This document shows positions 38,601-51,669 of a DNA stretch of 64,000 bases, in pieces (position 1 is the stretch's first letter; each line of letters opens with the position of its first letter). The DNA is from Nemertoderma westbladi (taxonomy: Eukaryota > Animalia > Xenacoelomorpha): the NCBI GenBank assembly GCA_032718475.1, contig JAUCBJ010008068.1:1-64000 (forward strand), read 5' to 3'. The position numbers and the translations under genes were made by a program. The notes below the pieces were generated by a model, which was not told where the DNA came from, searched no databases, and was given only the letters and a program-made list of their open reading frames with translations.

Positions 38601-41600
38601 GTACTGATATGAAGGTGATTCTTTGTAAGAACTGTTATGGAGAACTAACATATGGTACTGATATGAAGGTGATTCTTTGTAAGAACTGTTATGGAGAACT
38701 AACATATGGTACTGATATGAAGGTGATTCTTTGTAAGAACTGTGGTGGAGAACTAACATATGGTACTGATATGAAGGTGATTCTTTGTAAGAACTGTTAT
38801 GGAGAACTAACATATGGTATTGATATGAAGGTGATTCTTTGTAAGAACTGTTATGGAGAACTAACATATGGTACTGATATGAAGGTGATTCTTTGTAAGA
38901 ACTGTGGTGGAGAACTAACATATGGTACTGATATGAAGGTGATTCTTTGTAAGAACTGTGGTGGAGAACTAACATATGGTACTGATATGAAGGTGATTCT
39001 TTGTAAGAACTGTTATGGAGAACTAACATATGGTACTGATATGAAGGTGATTCTTTGTAAGAACTGTTATGGAGAACTAACATATGGTACTGATATGAAG
39101 GTGATTCTTTGTAAGAACTGTTATGGAGAACTAACATATGGTACAGATATGAAGGTGATTCTTTGTAAGAACTGTTATGGAGAACTAACATATGGTACAG
39201 ATATGAAGGTGATTCTTTGTAAGAACTGTTATGGAGAACTAACATATGGTACTGATATGAAGGTGATTCTTTGTAAGAACTGTGGTGGAGAACTAACATA
39301 TGGTACTGATATGAAGGTGATTCTTTGTAAGAACTGTTAATGGAGAACTAACATATGGTATTGATATGAAGGTGATTCTTTGCAAGAACTGTTATGGAGA
39401 ACTAACATATGGTACTGATATGAAGGTGATTCTTTGTAAGAACTGTTAATGGAGAACTAACATATGGTATTGATATGAAGGTGATTCTTTGCAAGAACTG
39501 TTATGGAGAACTAACATATGGTACTGATATGAAGGTGATTCTTTGTAAGAACTGTTAATGGAGAACTAACATATGGTACTGATATGAAGGTGATTCTTTG
39601 TAAGAACTGTGGTGGAGAACTAACATATGGTACTGATATGAAGGTGATTCTTTGTAAGAACTGTTAATGGAGAACTAACATATGGTACTGATATGAAGGT
39701 GATTCTTTGTAAGAACTGTGGTGGAGAACTAACATATGGTACTGATATGAAGGTGATTCTTTGTAAGAACTGTTAATGGAGAACTAACATATGGTACTGA
39801 TATGAAGGTGATTCTTTGTAAGAACTGTGGTGGAGAACTAACATATGGTACTGATATGAAGGTGATTCTTTGTAAGAACTGTTAATGGAGAACTAACATA
39901 TGGTACTGATATGAAGGTGATTCTTTGTAAGAACTGTGGTGGAGAACTAACATATGGTACTGATATGAAGATGATTCTTTGTAAGAACTGTTATGGAGAA
40001 CTAACATATGGTACTGATATGAAGGTGATTCTTTGTAAGAACTGTTATGGAGAACTAACATATGGTACTGATATGAAGGTGATTCTTTGTAAGAACTGTG
40101 GTGGAGAACTAACATATGGTACTGATATGAAGATGATTCTTTGTAAGAACTGTTATGGAGAACTAACATATGGTACTGATATGAAGGTGATTCTTTGTAA
40201 GAACTGTGGTGGAGAACTAACATATGGTACTGATATGAAGGTGATTCTTTGTAAGAACTGTGGTGGAGAACTAACATATGGTACTGATATGAAGGTGATT
40301 CTTTGTAAGAACTGTGGTGGAGAACTAACATATGGTACTGATATGAAGGTGATTCTTTGTAAGAACTGTGGTGGAGAACTAACATATGGTACTGATATGA
40401 AGATGATTCTTTGTAAGAACTGTTATGGAGAACTAACATATGGTACTGATATGAAGGTGATTCTTTGTAAGAACTGTTATGGAGAACTAACATATGGTAC
40501 TGATATGAAGATGATTCTTTGTAAGAACTGTTATGGAGAACTAACATATGGTACTGATATGAAGGTGATTCTTTGTAAGAACTGTGGTGGAGAACTAACA
40601 TATGGTACTGATATGAAGGTGATTCTTTGTAAGAACTGTGGTGGAGAACTAACATATGGTACTGATATGAAGGTGATTCTTTGTAAGAACTGTTATGGAG
40701 AACTAACATATGGTACTGATATGAAGGTGATTCTTTGTAAGAACTGTGGTGGAGAACTAACATATGGTACTGATATGAAGGTGATTCTTTGTAAGAACTG
40801 TGGTGGAGAACTAACATATGGTACTGATATGAAGATGATTCTTTGTAAGAACTGTTATGGAGAACTAACATATGGTACTGATATGAAGGTGATTCTTTGT
40901 AAGAACTGTGGTGGAGAACTAACATATGGTACTGATATGAAGGTGATTCTTTGTAAGAACTGTGGTGGAGAACTAACATATGGTACTGATATGAAGGTGA
41001 TTCTTTGTAAGAACTGTGGTGGAGAACTAACATATGGTACTGATATGAAGGTGATTCTTTGTAAGAACTGTGGTGGAGAACTAACATATGGTACTGATAT
41101 GAAGGTGATTCTTTGTAAGAACTGTGGTGGAGAACTAACATATGGTACTGATATGAAGGTGATTCTTTGTAAGAACTGTGGTGGAGAACTAACATATGGT
41201 ACTGATATGAAGGTGATTCTTTGTAAGAACTGTTATGGAGTACTAACATATGGTACTGATATGAAGGTGATTCTTTGTAAGAACTGTGGTGGAGAACTAA
41301 CATATGGTACTGATATGAAGGTGATTCTTTGTAAGAACTGTGGTGGAGAACTAACATATGGTACTGATATGAAGGTGATTCTTTGTAAGAACTGTGGTGG
41401 AGAACTAACATATGGTACTGATATGAAGGTGATTCTTTGTAAGAACTGTGGTGGAGAACTAACATATGGTACTGATATGAAGGTGATTCTTTGTAAGAAC
41501 TGTTATGGAGAACTAACATATGGTACTGATATGAAGGTGATTCTTTGTAAGAACTGTGGTGGAGAACTAACATATGGTACTGATATGAAGGTGATTCTTT

Positions 41601-44600
41601 GTAAGAACTGTTATGGAGAACTAACATATGGTACTGATATGAAGGTGATTCTTTGTAAGAACTGTTATGGAGAACTAACATATGGTACTGATATGAAGGT
41701 GATTCTTTGTAAGAACTGTTATGGAGAACTAACATATGGTACTGATATGAAGGTGATTCTTTGTAAGAACTGTGGTGGAGAACTAACATATGGTACTGAT
41801 ATGAAGGTGATTCTTTGTAAGAACTGTTATGGAGAACTAACATATGGTACTGATATGAAGGTGATTCTTTGTAAGAACTGTTATGGAGAACTAACATATG
41901 GTACTGATATGAAGGTGATTCTTTGTAAGAACTGTTATGGAGAACTAACATATGGTACTGATATGAAGGTGATTCTTTGTAAGAACTGTTGTGGAGAACT
42001 AACATATGGTACTGATATGAAGGTGATTCTTTGTAAGAACTGTTATGGAGAACTAACATATGGTACTGATATGAAGGTGATTCTTTGTAAGAACTGTTAT
42101 GGAGAACTAACATATGGTACTGATATGAAGGTGATTCTTTGTAAGAACTGTTATGGAGAACTAACATATGGTACTGATATGAAGGTGATTCTTTGTAAGA
42201 ACTGTTATGGAGAACTAACATATGGTACTGATATGAAGGTGATTCTTTGTAAGAACTGTTATGGAGAACTAACATATGGTACTGATATGAAGGTGATTCT
42301 TTGTAAGAACTGTTATGGAGAACTAACATATGGTACTGATATGAAGGTGATTCTTTGTAAGAACTGTTATGGAGAACTAACATATGGTATTGATATGAAG
42401 GTGATTCTTTGTAAGAACTGTTATGGAGAACTAACATATGGTATTGATATGAAGGTGATTCTTTGTAAGAACTGTTATGGAGAACTAACATATGGTACTG
42501 ATATGAAGGTGATTCTTTGTAAGAACTGTTATGGAGAACTAACATATGGTACTGATATGAAGGTGATTCTTTGTAAGAACTGTTATGGAGAACTAACATA
42601 TGGTACTGATATGAAGGTGATTCTTTGTAAGAACTGTTATGGAGAACTAACATATGGTACTGATATGAAGGTGATTCTTTGTAAGAACTGTTATGGAGAA
42701 CTAACATATGGTACTGATATGAAGGTGATTCTTTGTAAGAACTGTTATGGAGAACTAACATATGGTACTGATATGAAGGTGATTCTTTGTAAGAACTGTT
42801 GTGGAGAACTAACATATGGTACTGATATGAAGGTGATTCTTTGTAAGAACTGTTGTGGAGAACTAACATATGGTACTGATATGAAGGTGATTCTTTGTAA
42901 GAACTGTTGTGGAGAACTAACATATGGTACTGATAAGAAGGTGATTCTTTGTATGAACTGTTATGGAGAACTAACATATGGTACTGATATGAAGGTGATT
43001 CTTTGTAAGAACTGTTGTGGAGAACTAACATATGGTACTGATATGAAGGTGATACTTTGTAAGAACTGTTAATGGAGAACTAACATATGGTACTGATATG
43101 AAGGTGATTCTTTGTAAGAACTGTTGTGGAGAACTAACATATGGTACTAATATGAAGGTGATTCTTTCTAAGAACTGTTATGGATAACTAACATATGGTA
43201 CTGATATGAAGGTGATTCTTTGTAAGAACTGTTGTGGAGAACTAACATATGGTACTGATATGAAGGTGATTCTTTGTAAGAACTGTTGTGGAGAACTAAC
43301 ATATGGTACTGATATGAAGGTTATTCTTTGTAAGAACTGTTATGGAGAACTAACATATGGTACTGATATGAAGGTGATTCTTTGTAAGAACTGTTATGGA
43401 GAACTAACATATGGTACTGATAAGAAGGTGATTCTTTGTATGAACTGTTATGGAGAACTAACATATGGTACTGATATGAAGGTGATTCTTTGTAAGAACT
43501 GTTGTGGAGAACTAACATATGGTACTGATATGAAGGTGATTCTTTGTAAGAACTGTTATGGAGTACTAACATATGGTACTGATATGAAGGTGATTCTTTG
43601 TAAGAACTGTTATGGAGAACTAACATATGGTACTGATATGAAGGTGATTCTTTCTAAGAACTGTTGTGGAGAACTAACATATGGTACTGATATGAAGGTG
43701 ATTCTTTGTAAGAACTGTTATGGAGAACTAACATATGGTACTGATATGAAGGTGATTCTTTGTAAGAACTGTTATGGAGTACTAACATATGGTACTGATA
43801 TGAAGGTGATTCTTTGTAAGAACTGTTATGGAGTACTAACATATGGTACTGATATGAAGGTGATTCTTTGCAAGAACTGTTATGGAGTACTAACATATGG
43901 TACTGATATGAAGGTGATTCTTTGCAAGAACTGTTATGGAGTACTAACATATGGTACTGATATGAAGGTGATTCTTTGCAAGAACTGTTATGGAGTACTA
44001 ACATATGGTACTGATATGAAGGTGATTCTTTGTAAGAACTGTTATGGAGTACTAACATATGGTACTGATATGAAGGTGATTCTTTGTAAGAACTGTTAAT
44101 GGAGAACTAACATATGGTACAGATATGAAGGTGATTCTTTGTAAGAACTGTTATGGAGAACTAACATATGGTACTGATATGAAGGTGATTCTTTGTAAGA
44201 ACTGTTAATGGAGAACTAACATATGGTACTGATATGAAGGTGATTCTTTGTAAGAACTGTTATGGAGTACTAACATATGGTACTGATATGAAGGTGATTC
44301 TTTGCAAGAACTGTTATGGAGTACTAACATATGGTACTGATATGAAGGTGATTCTTTGTAAGAACTGTTATGGAGAACTAACATATGGTACTGATATGAA
44401 GGTGATTCTTTGTAAGAACTGTTATGGAGTACTAACATATGGTACTGATATGAAGGTGATTCTTTGCAAGAACTGTTATGGAGTACTAACATATGGTACT
44501 GATATGAAGGTGATTCTTTGCAAGAACTGTTATGGAGTACTAACATATGGTACTGATATGAAGGTGATTCTTTGCAAGAACTGTTATGGAGTACTAACAT

Positions 44601-47600
44601 ATGGTACTGATATGAAGGTGATTCTTTGTAAGAACTGTTATGGAGTACTAACATATGGTACTGATATGAAGGTGATTCTTTGTAAGAACTGTTAATGGAG
44701 AACTAACATATGGTACAGATATGAAGGTGATTCTTTGTAAGAACTGTTATGGAGAACTAACATATGGTACTGATATGAAGGTGATTCTTTGTAAGAACTG
44801 TTATGGAGAACTAACATATGGTACTGATATGAAGGTGATTCTTTGTAAGAACTGTTAATGGAGAACTAACATATGGTACTGATATGAAGGTGATTCTTTG
44901 TAAGAACTGTTATGGAGAACTAACATATGGTACTGATATGAAGGTGATTCTTTGTAAGAACTGTTAATGGAGAACTAACATATGGTACTGATATGAAGGT
45001 GATTCTTTGTAAGAACTGTTATGAAGAACTAACATATGGTACTGATATGAAGGTGATTCTTTGTAAGAACTGTTATGGAGAACTAACATATGGTACAGAT
45101 ATGAAGGTTATTCTTTGTAAGAACTGTTATGAAGAACTAACATATGGTACTGATATGAAGGTGATTCTTTGTAAGAACTGTTATGGAGAACTAACATATG
45201 GTACTGATATGAAGGTGATTCTTTGTAAGAACTGTTATGAAGAACTAACATATGGTACTGATATGAAGGTGATTCTTTGTAAGAACTGTTATGGAGAACT
45301 AACATATGGTACTGATATGAAGGTGATTCTTTGTAAGAACTGTTAATGGAGAACTAACATATGGTACTGATATGAAGGTGATTCTTTGTAAGAACTGTTA
45401 ATGGAGAACTAACATATGGTACAGATATGAAGGTTATTCTTTGTAAGAACTGTTATGAAGAACTAACATATGGTACTGATATGAAGGTGATTCTTTGTAA
45501 GAACTGTTATGGAGAACTAACATATGGTACTGATATGAAGGTGATTCTTTGTAAGAACTGTTATGAAGAACTAACATATGGTACTGATATGAAGGTGATT
45601 CTTTGTAAGAACTGTTATGGAGAACTAACATATGGTACTGATATGAAGGTGATTCTTTGTAAGAACTGTTAATGGAGAACTAACATATGGTACTGATATG
45701 AAGGTGATTCTTTGTAAGAACTGTTAATGGAGAACTAACATATGGTACATATATGAAGGTTATTCTTTGTAAGAACTGTTATGAAGAACTAACATATGGT
45801 ACTGATATGAAGGTGATTCTTTGTAAGAACTGTTATGGAGTACTAACATATGGTATTGATATGAAGGTGATTCTTTGTAAGAACTGTTAATGGAGAACTA
45901 ACATATGGTACAGATATGAAGGTGATTCTTTGTAAGAACTGTTATGGAGAACTAACATATGGTACTGATATGAAGGTGATTCTTTGTAAGAACTGTTATG
46001 GAGAACTAACATATGGTACTGATATGAAGGTGATTCTTTGTAAGAACTGTTATGGAGAACTAACATATGGTACTGATATGAAGGTGATTCTTTGTAAGAA
46101 CTGTTATGGAGTACTAACATATGGTACTGATATGAAGGTGATTCTTTATAAGAACTGTTATGGAGAACTAACATATGGTACTGATATGAAGGTGATTCTT
46201 TGTAAGAACTGTTAATGGAGAACTAACATATGGTACTGATATGAAGGTGATTCTTTGTAAGAACTGTTATGGAGTACTAACATATGGTACTGATATGAAG
46301 GTGATTCTTTATAAGAACTGTTATGGAGAACTAACATATGGTACTGATATGAAGGTGATTCTTTGTAAGAACTGTTAATGGAGAACTAACATATGGTACT
46401 GATATGAAGGTGATTCTTTGTAAGAACTGTTATGGAGTACTAACATATGGTACTGATATGAAGGTGATTCTTTATAAGAACTGTTATGGAGAACTAACAT
46501 ATGGTACTGATATGAAGGTGATTCTTTGTAAGAACTGTTAATGGAGAACTAACATATGGTACAGATATGAAGGTGATTCTTTGTAAGAACTGTTATGAAG
46601 AACTAACATATGGTATTGATATGAAGGTGATTCTTTGTAAGAACTGTTAATGGAGAACTAACATATGGTACTGATATGAAGGTGATTCTTTGTAAGAACT
46701 GTTATGGAGAACTAACATATGGTACTGATATGAAGGTGATTCTTTGTAAGAACTGTTATGGAGAACTAACATATGGTACTGATATGAAGGTGATTCTTTG
46801 TAAGAACTGTTATGGAGTACTAACATATGGTACTGATATGAAGGTGATTCTTTATAAGAACTGTTATGGAGAACTAACATATGGTACTGATATGAAGGTG
46901 ATTCTTTGTAAGAACTGTTAATGGAGAACTAACATATGGTACAGATATGAAGGTGATTCTTTGTAAGAACTGTTATGAAGAACTAACATATGGTATTGAT
47001 ATGAAGGTGATTCTTTGTAAGAACTGTTAATGGAGAACTAACATATGGTACTGATATGAAGGTGATTCTTTGTAAGAACTGTTATGGAGAACTAACATAT
47101 ATTACTGATATGAAGGTGATTCTTTGTAAGAACTGTTGTGGAGAACTAACATATGGTACAGATATGAAGGTGATTCTTTGTAAGAACTGTTATGGAGTAC
47201 TAACATATGGTACTGATATGAAGGTGATTCTTTGTAAGAACTGTTATGAAGAACTAACATATGGTACTGATATGAAGGTGATTCTTTATAAGAACTGTAA
47301 TGGAGAACTAACATATGGTACTGATATGAAGGTGATTCTTTGTAAGAACTGTTATGGAGTACTAACATATGGTACTGATATGAAGATGATTCTTTGTAAG
47401 AACTGTTATGGAGAACTAACATATGGTACTGATATGAAGGTGATTCTTTGTAAGAACTGTTATGAAGAACTAACATATGGTACTGATATGAAGGTGATTC
47501 TTTGTAAGAACTGTTATGAAGAACTAACATATGGTACTGATATGAAGGTGATTCTTTATAAGAACTGTAATGGAGAACTAACATATGGTACTGATATGAA

Positions 47601-50586
47601 GGTGATTCTTTGTAAGAACTGTTATGGAGTACTAACATATGGTACTGATATGAAGATGATTCTTTGTAAGAACTGTTATGAAGAACTAACATATGGTACT
47701 GATATGAAGGTGATTCTTTGTAAGAACTGTTATGAAGAACTAACATATGGTACTGATATGAAGATGATTCTTTGTAAGAACTGTTATGGAGAACTAACAT
47801 ATGGTACTGATATGAAGGTGATTCTTTGTAAGAACTGTTATGGAGAACTAACATATGGTATTGATATGAAGGTGATTCTTTGTAAGAACTGTTATGAAGA
47901 ACTAACATATGGTACTGATATGAAGGTGATTCTTTATAAGAACTGTAATGGAGAACTAACATATGGTACTGATATGAAGGTGATTCTTTGTAAGAACTGT
48001 TATGGAGTACTAACATATGGTACTGATATGAAGGTGATTCTTTGTAAGAACTGTTATGAAGAACTAACATATGGTACTGATATGAAGGTGATTCTTTATA
48101 AGAACTGTAATGGAGAACTAACATATGGTACTGATATGAAGGTGATTCTTTGTAAGAACTGTTATGGAGTACTAACATATGGTACTGATATGAAGATGAT
48201 TCTTTGTAAGAACTGTTATGGAGAACTAACATATGGTACTGATATGAAGGTGATTCTTTGTAAGAACTGTTATGAAGAACTAACATATGGTACTGATATG
48301 AAGGTGATTCTTTGTAAGAACTGTTATGAAGAACTAACATATGGTACTGATATGAAGGTGATTCTTTATAAGAACTGTAATGGAGAACTAACATATGGTA
48401 CTGATATGAAGGTGATTCTTTGTAAGAACTGTTATGGAGTACTAACATATGGTACTGATATGAAGATGATTCTTTGTAAGAACTGTTATGAAGAACTAAC
48501 ATATGGTACTGATATGAAGGTGATTCTTTGTAAGAACTGTTATGAAGAACTAACATATGGTACTGATATGAAGATGATTCTTTGTAAGAACTGTTATGGA
48601 GAACTAACATATGGTACTGATATGAAGGTGATTCTTTGTAAGAACTGTTATGAAGAACTAACATATGGTACTGATATGAAGGTGATTCTTTGTAAGAACT
48701 GTTATGAAGAACTAACATATGGTACTGATATGAAGGTGATTCTTTATAAGAACTGTAATGGAGAACTAACATATGGTACTGATATGAAGGTGATTCTTTG
48801 TAAGAACTGTTATGGAGTACTAACATATGGTACTGATATGAAGGTGATTCTTTGTAAGAACTGTTATGGATAACTAACATATGGTACTGATATGAAGGTG
48901 ATTCTTTGTAAGAACTGTTATGGAGTACTAACATATGGTACTGATATGAAGGTGATTCTTTGTAAGAACTGTTATGGATAACTAACATATGGTACTGATA
49001 TGAAGATGATTCTTTGTAAGAACTGTTATGGAGAACTAACATATGGTACTGATATGAAGGTGATTCTTTGTAAGAACTGTTATGGAGAACTAACATATGG
49101 TACTGATATGAAGATGATTCTTTGTAAGAACTGTTATGGAGAACTAACATATGGTACTGATATGAAGGTGATTCTTTGTAAGAACTGTTATGGAGAACTA
49201 ACATATGGTACTGATATGAAGGTGATTCTTTGTAAGAACTGTTATGGAGAACTAACATATGGTACTGATATGAAGATGATTCTTTGTAAGAACTGTTATG
49301 GAGAACTAACATATGGTACTGATATGAAGGTGATTCTTTGTAAGAACTGTTATGGAGAACTAACATATGGTACTGATATGAAGATGATTCTTTGTAAGAA
49401 CTGTTATGGAGAACTAACATATGGTACTGATATGAAGGTGATTCTTTGTAAGAACTGTTATGGAGTACTAACATATGGTACTGATATGAAGGTGATTCTT
49501 TGTAAGAACTGTTATGGAGAACTAACATATGGTACTGATATGAAGGTGATTCTTTGTAAGAACTGTTATGGAGAACTAACATATGGTATTGATATGAAGG
49601 TGATTCTTTGTAAGAACTGTTAATGGAGAACTAACATATGGTACTGATATGAAGGTGATTCTTTGTAAGAACTGTTATGGAGAACTAACATATATTACTG
49701 ATATGAAGGTGATTCTTTGTAAGAACTGTTGTGGAGAACTAACATATGGTACAGATATGAAGGTGATTCTTTGTAAGAACTGTTATGGAGTACTAACATA
49801 TGGTATTGATATGAAGGTGATTCTTTGTAAGAACTGTTAATGGAGAACTAACATATGGTACTGATATGAAGGTGATTCTTTGTAAGAACTGTTATGGAGT
49901 ACTAACATATGGTATTGATATGAAGGTGATTCTTTGTAAGAACTGTTATGAAGAACTAACATATGGTACTGATATGAAGGTGATTCTTTATAAGAACTGT
50001 TATGAAGAACTAACATATGGTACTGATATGAAGGTGATTCTTTATAAGAACTGTAATGGAGAACTAACATATGGTACTGATATGAAGGTGATTCTTTGTA
50101 AGAACTGTTATGGAGTACTAACATATGGTACTGATATGAAGGTGATTCTTTGTAAGAACTGTTATGAAGAACTAACATATGGTACTGATATGAAGGTGAT
50201 TCTTTATAAGAACTGTAATGGAGAACTAACATATGGTACTGATATGAAGGTGATTCTTTGTAAGAACTGTTATGGAGTACTAACATATGGTACTGATATG
50301 AAGATGATTCTTTGTAAGAACTGTTATGGAGAACTAACATATGGTACTGATATGAAGGTGATTCTTTGTAAGAACTGTTATGAAGAACTAACATATGGTA
50401 CTGATATGAAGGTGATTCTTTGTAAGAACTGTTATGAAGAACTAACATATGGTATTGATATGAAGGTGATTCTTTGTAAGAACTGTTATGAAGAACTAAC
50501 ATATGGTACTGATATGAAGGTGATTCTTTGTAAGAACTGTTATGAAGAACTAACATATGGTACTGATATGAAGGTGATTCTTTGTA
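26663..50586. repeat. 54-bp minisatellite, giant allele (23.9 kb, about 440 units; some 55-bp units)
   Basis: Same unit and same unique flanks as 17080-17684; copy number from length divided by 54. Confidence 0.99.
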
Positions 50587-50773
50587 CAACTTGCATTATA
50601 CAACTCGGTTATTTATTCTAAAGTTCTCACGGTTTTATTTTTCTAATCATCTCATATCACAATAATTCTAAAACAACTATTCATTAAAATATACAGTAAT
50701 TGTAAACAATCAGTGGCAAATTTTGACATTCCAGCTAAAGCTAAAGGTTCTTGTTGGTATTGCATTATTAGAC

Positions 50774-50977
50774 ATAATTGCAGTGATCTACTGCCACATA
50801 CCTACAGTACTGGTCAGCAATAACGATAATAACCTTTTAGATAATTGCAGTGATCTACTGCCACTTACCTACAGTACAGGTCAGTAATAACGATGATAAC
50901 CTTTTAGATAATTGCAGTGATCTACTGCCACATACCTACCGTACTGGTCAGCAATAACGATAATAACACTTTAGATA
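50774..50977. repeat. 67-bp tandem repeat x3 (duplicate of 17872-18075)
   Basis: Same sequence at offset 32902. Confidence 0.92.
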
Positions 50978-51156
50978 AGAAACATGTTGATAATATTTAT
51001 GTCGACTTAGAAAGTGATCGAAATGTTGGTAGATACAAAATTTTTCCATTGGAATAATCAACTTGATCTATTTACTTTCAGGGGCGAGCCGGAAGGAGAA
51101 TACAATAATACTAGGTATATATAAATATATATAATATATAGAGATTATGTACCTAC

Positions 51157-51294
51157 CTGTGCAGTTTATACCTTGACCATGTCCTTGATACCCTCCCTCA
51201 AATTCGAATCCTGCATAGCAACTGCAGTTATAGGTACCTGGTATATTGTCACACATATGATGGCAATCATGCATATTTATACATTCATTGTAAT
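51157..51294 (-). CDS. Exon 5: long-loop cbEGF type A (DYNECINMHDCHHMCDNIPGTYNCSCYAGFEFEGGYQGHGQGINCT)
   Basis: atttag / G|gtaggt, 138 nt, phase 1-1; inside track ORF 51068..51307. Confidence 0.93.
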
Positions 51295-51669
51295 CTAAAT
51301 AATGCAAATGGTTAAAACATAATAATATGCAGAGATTATAGGCAAGAAAAAGATGGACATCTCTATATTGGTTGACTCATGTTCTTGACCAGTCATTGGT
51401 ATACTGTATTAGGACAATCCTTCTGTGTGACCAAGTCCTATACACATATACCAGCAGCGGATAGGAAAAGCGAAAAATACAACTTAATTCATATTTGCTG
51501 GTTACAACTTATATATAATTTATTGTTAAAATTGACATAATTTACCTCTTTTTATATATTTTACCACCGGCAAATTGTATTACTTAATTTACTGCGATGT
51601 ACGTTCCATTCAGCATTGTATTCTGTATCTTACTCCAACTTCCAGGACAGCCAATTGTGAAGTAGTCAT

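Noticed and set aside
17080-50586. CRISPR-like array
   Set aside because: Units are contiguous with no unique spacers, there are no cas genes, and the context is spliceosomal.
26663-50621. Long ORFs on both strands of the 54-bp array (MKVILCKNCYGELTYGTD with CxxC; MLVLHNSSYKESPSYQYH), an acceptor-like TTTTWACAG at the left edge and CTTC in the right flank
   Set aside because: A unit length divisible by 3 explains the ORFs. Recurrent +A frameshifts and stop variants (TGTTAA, GGATAA, TTCTAAG) are amplified freely, and the first unit of both arrays is frameshifted. No sign of coding constraint.
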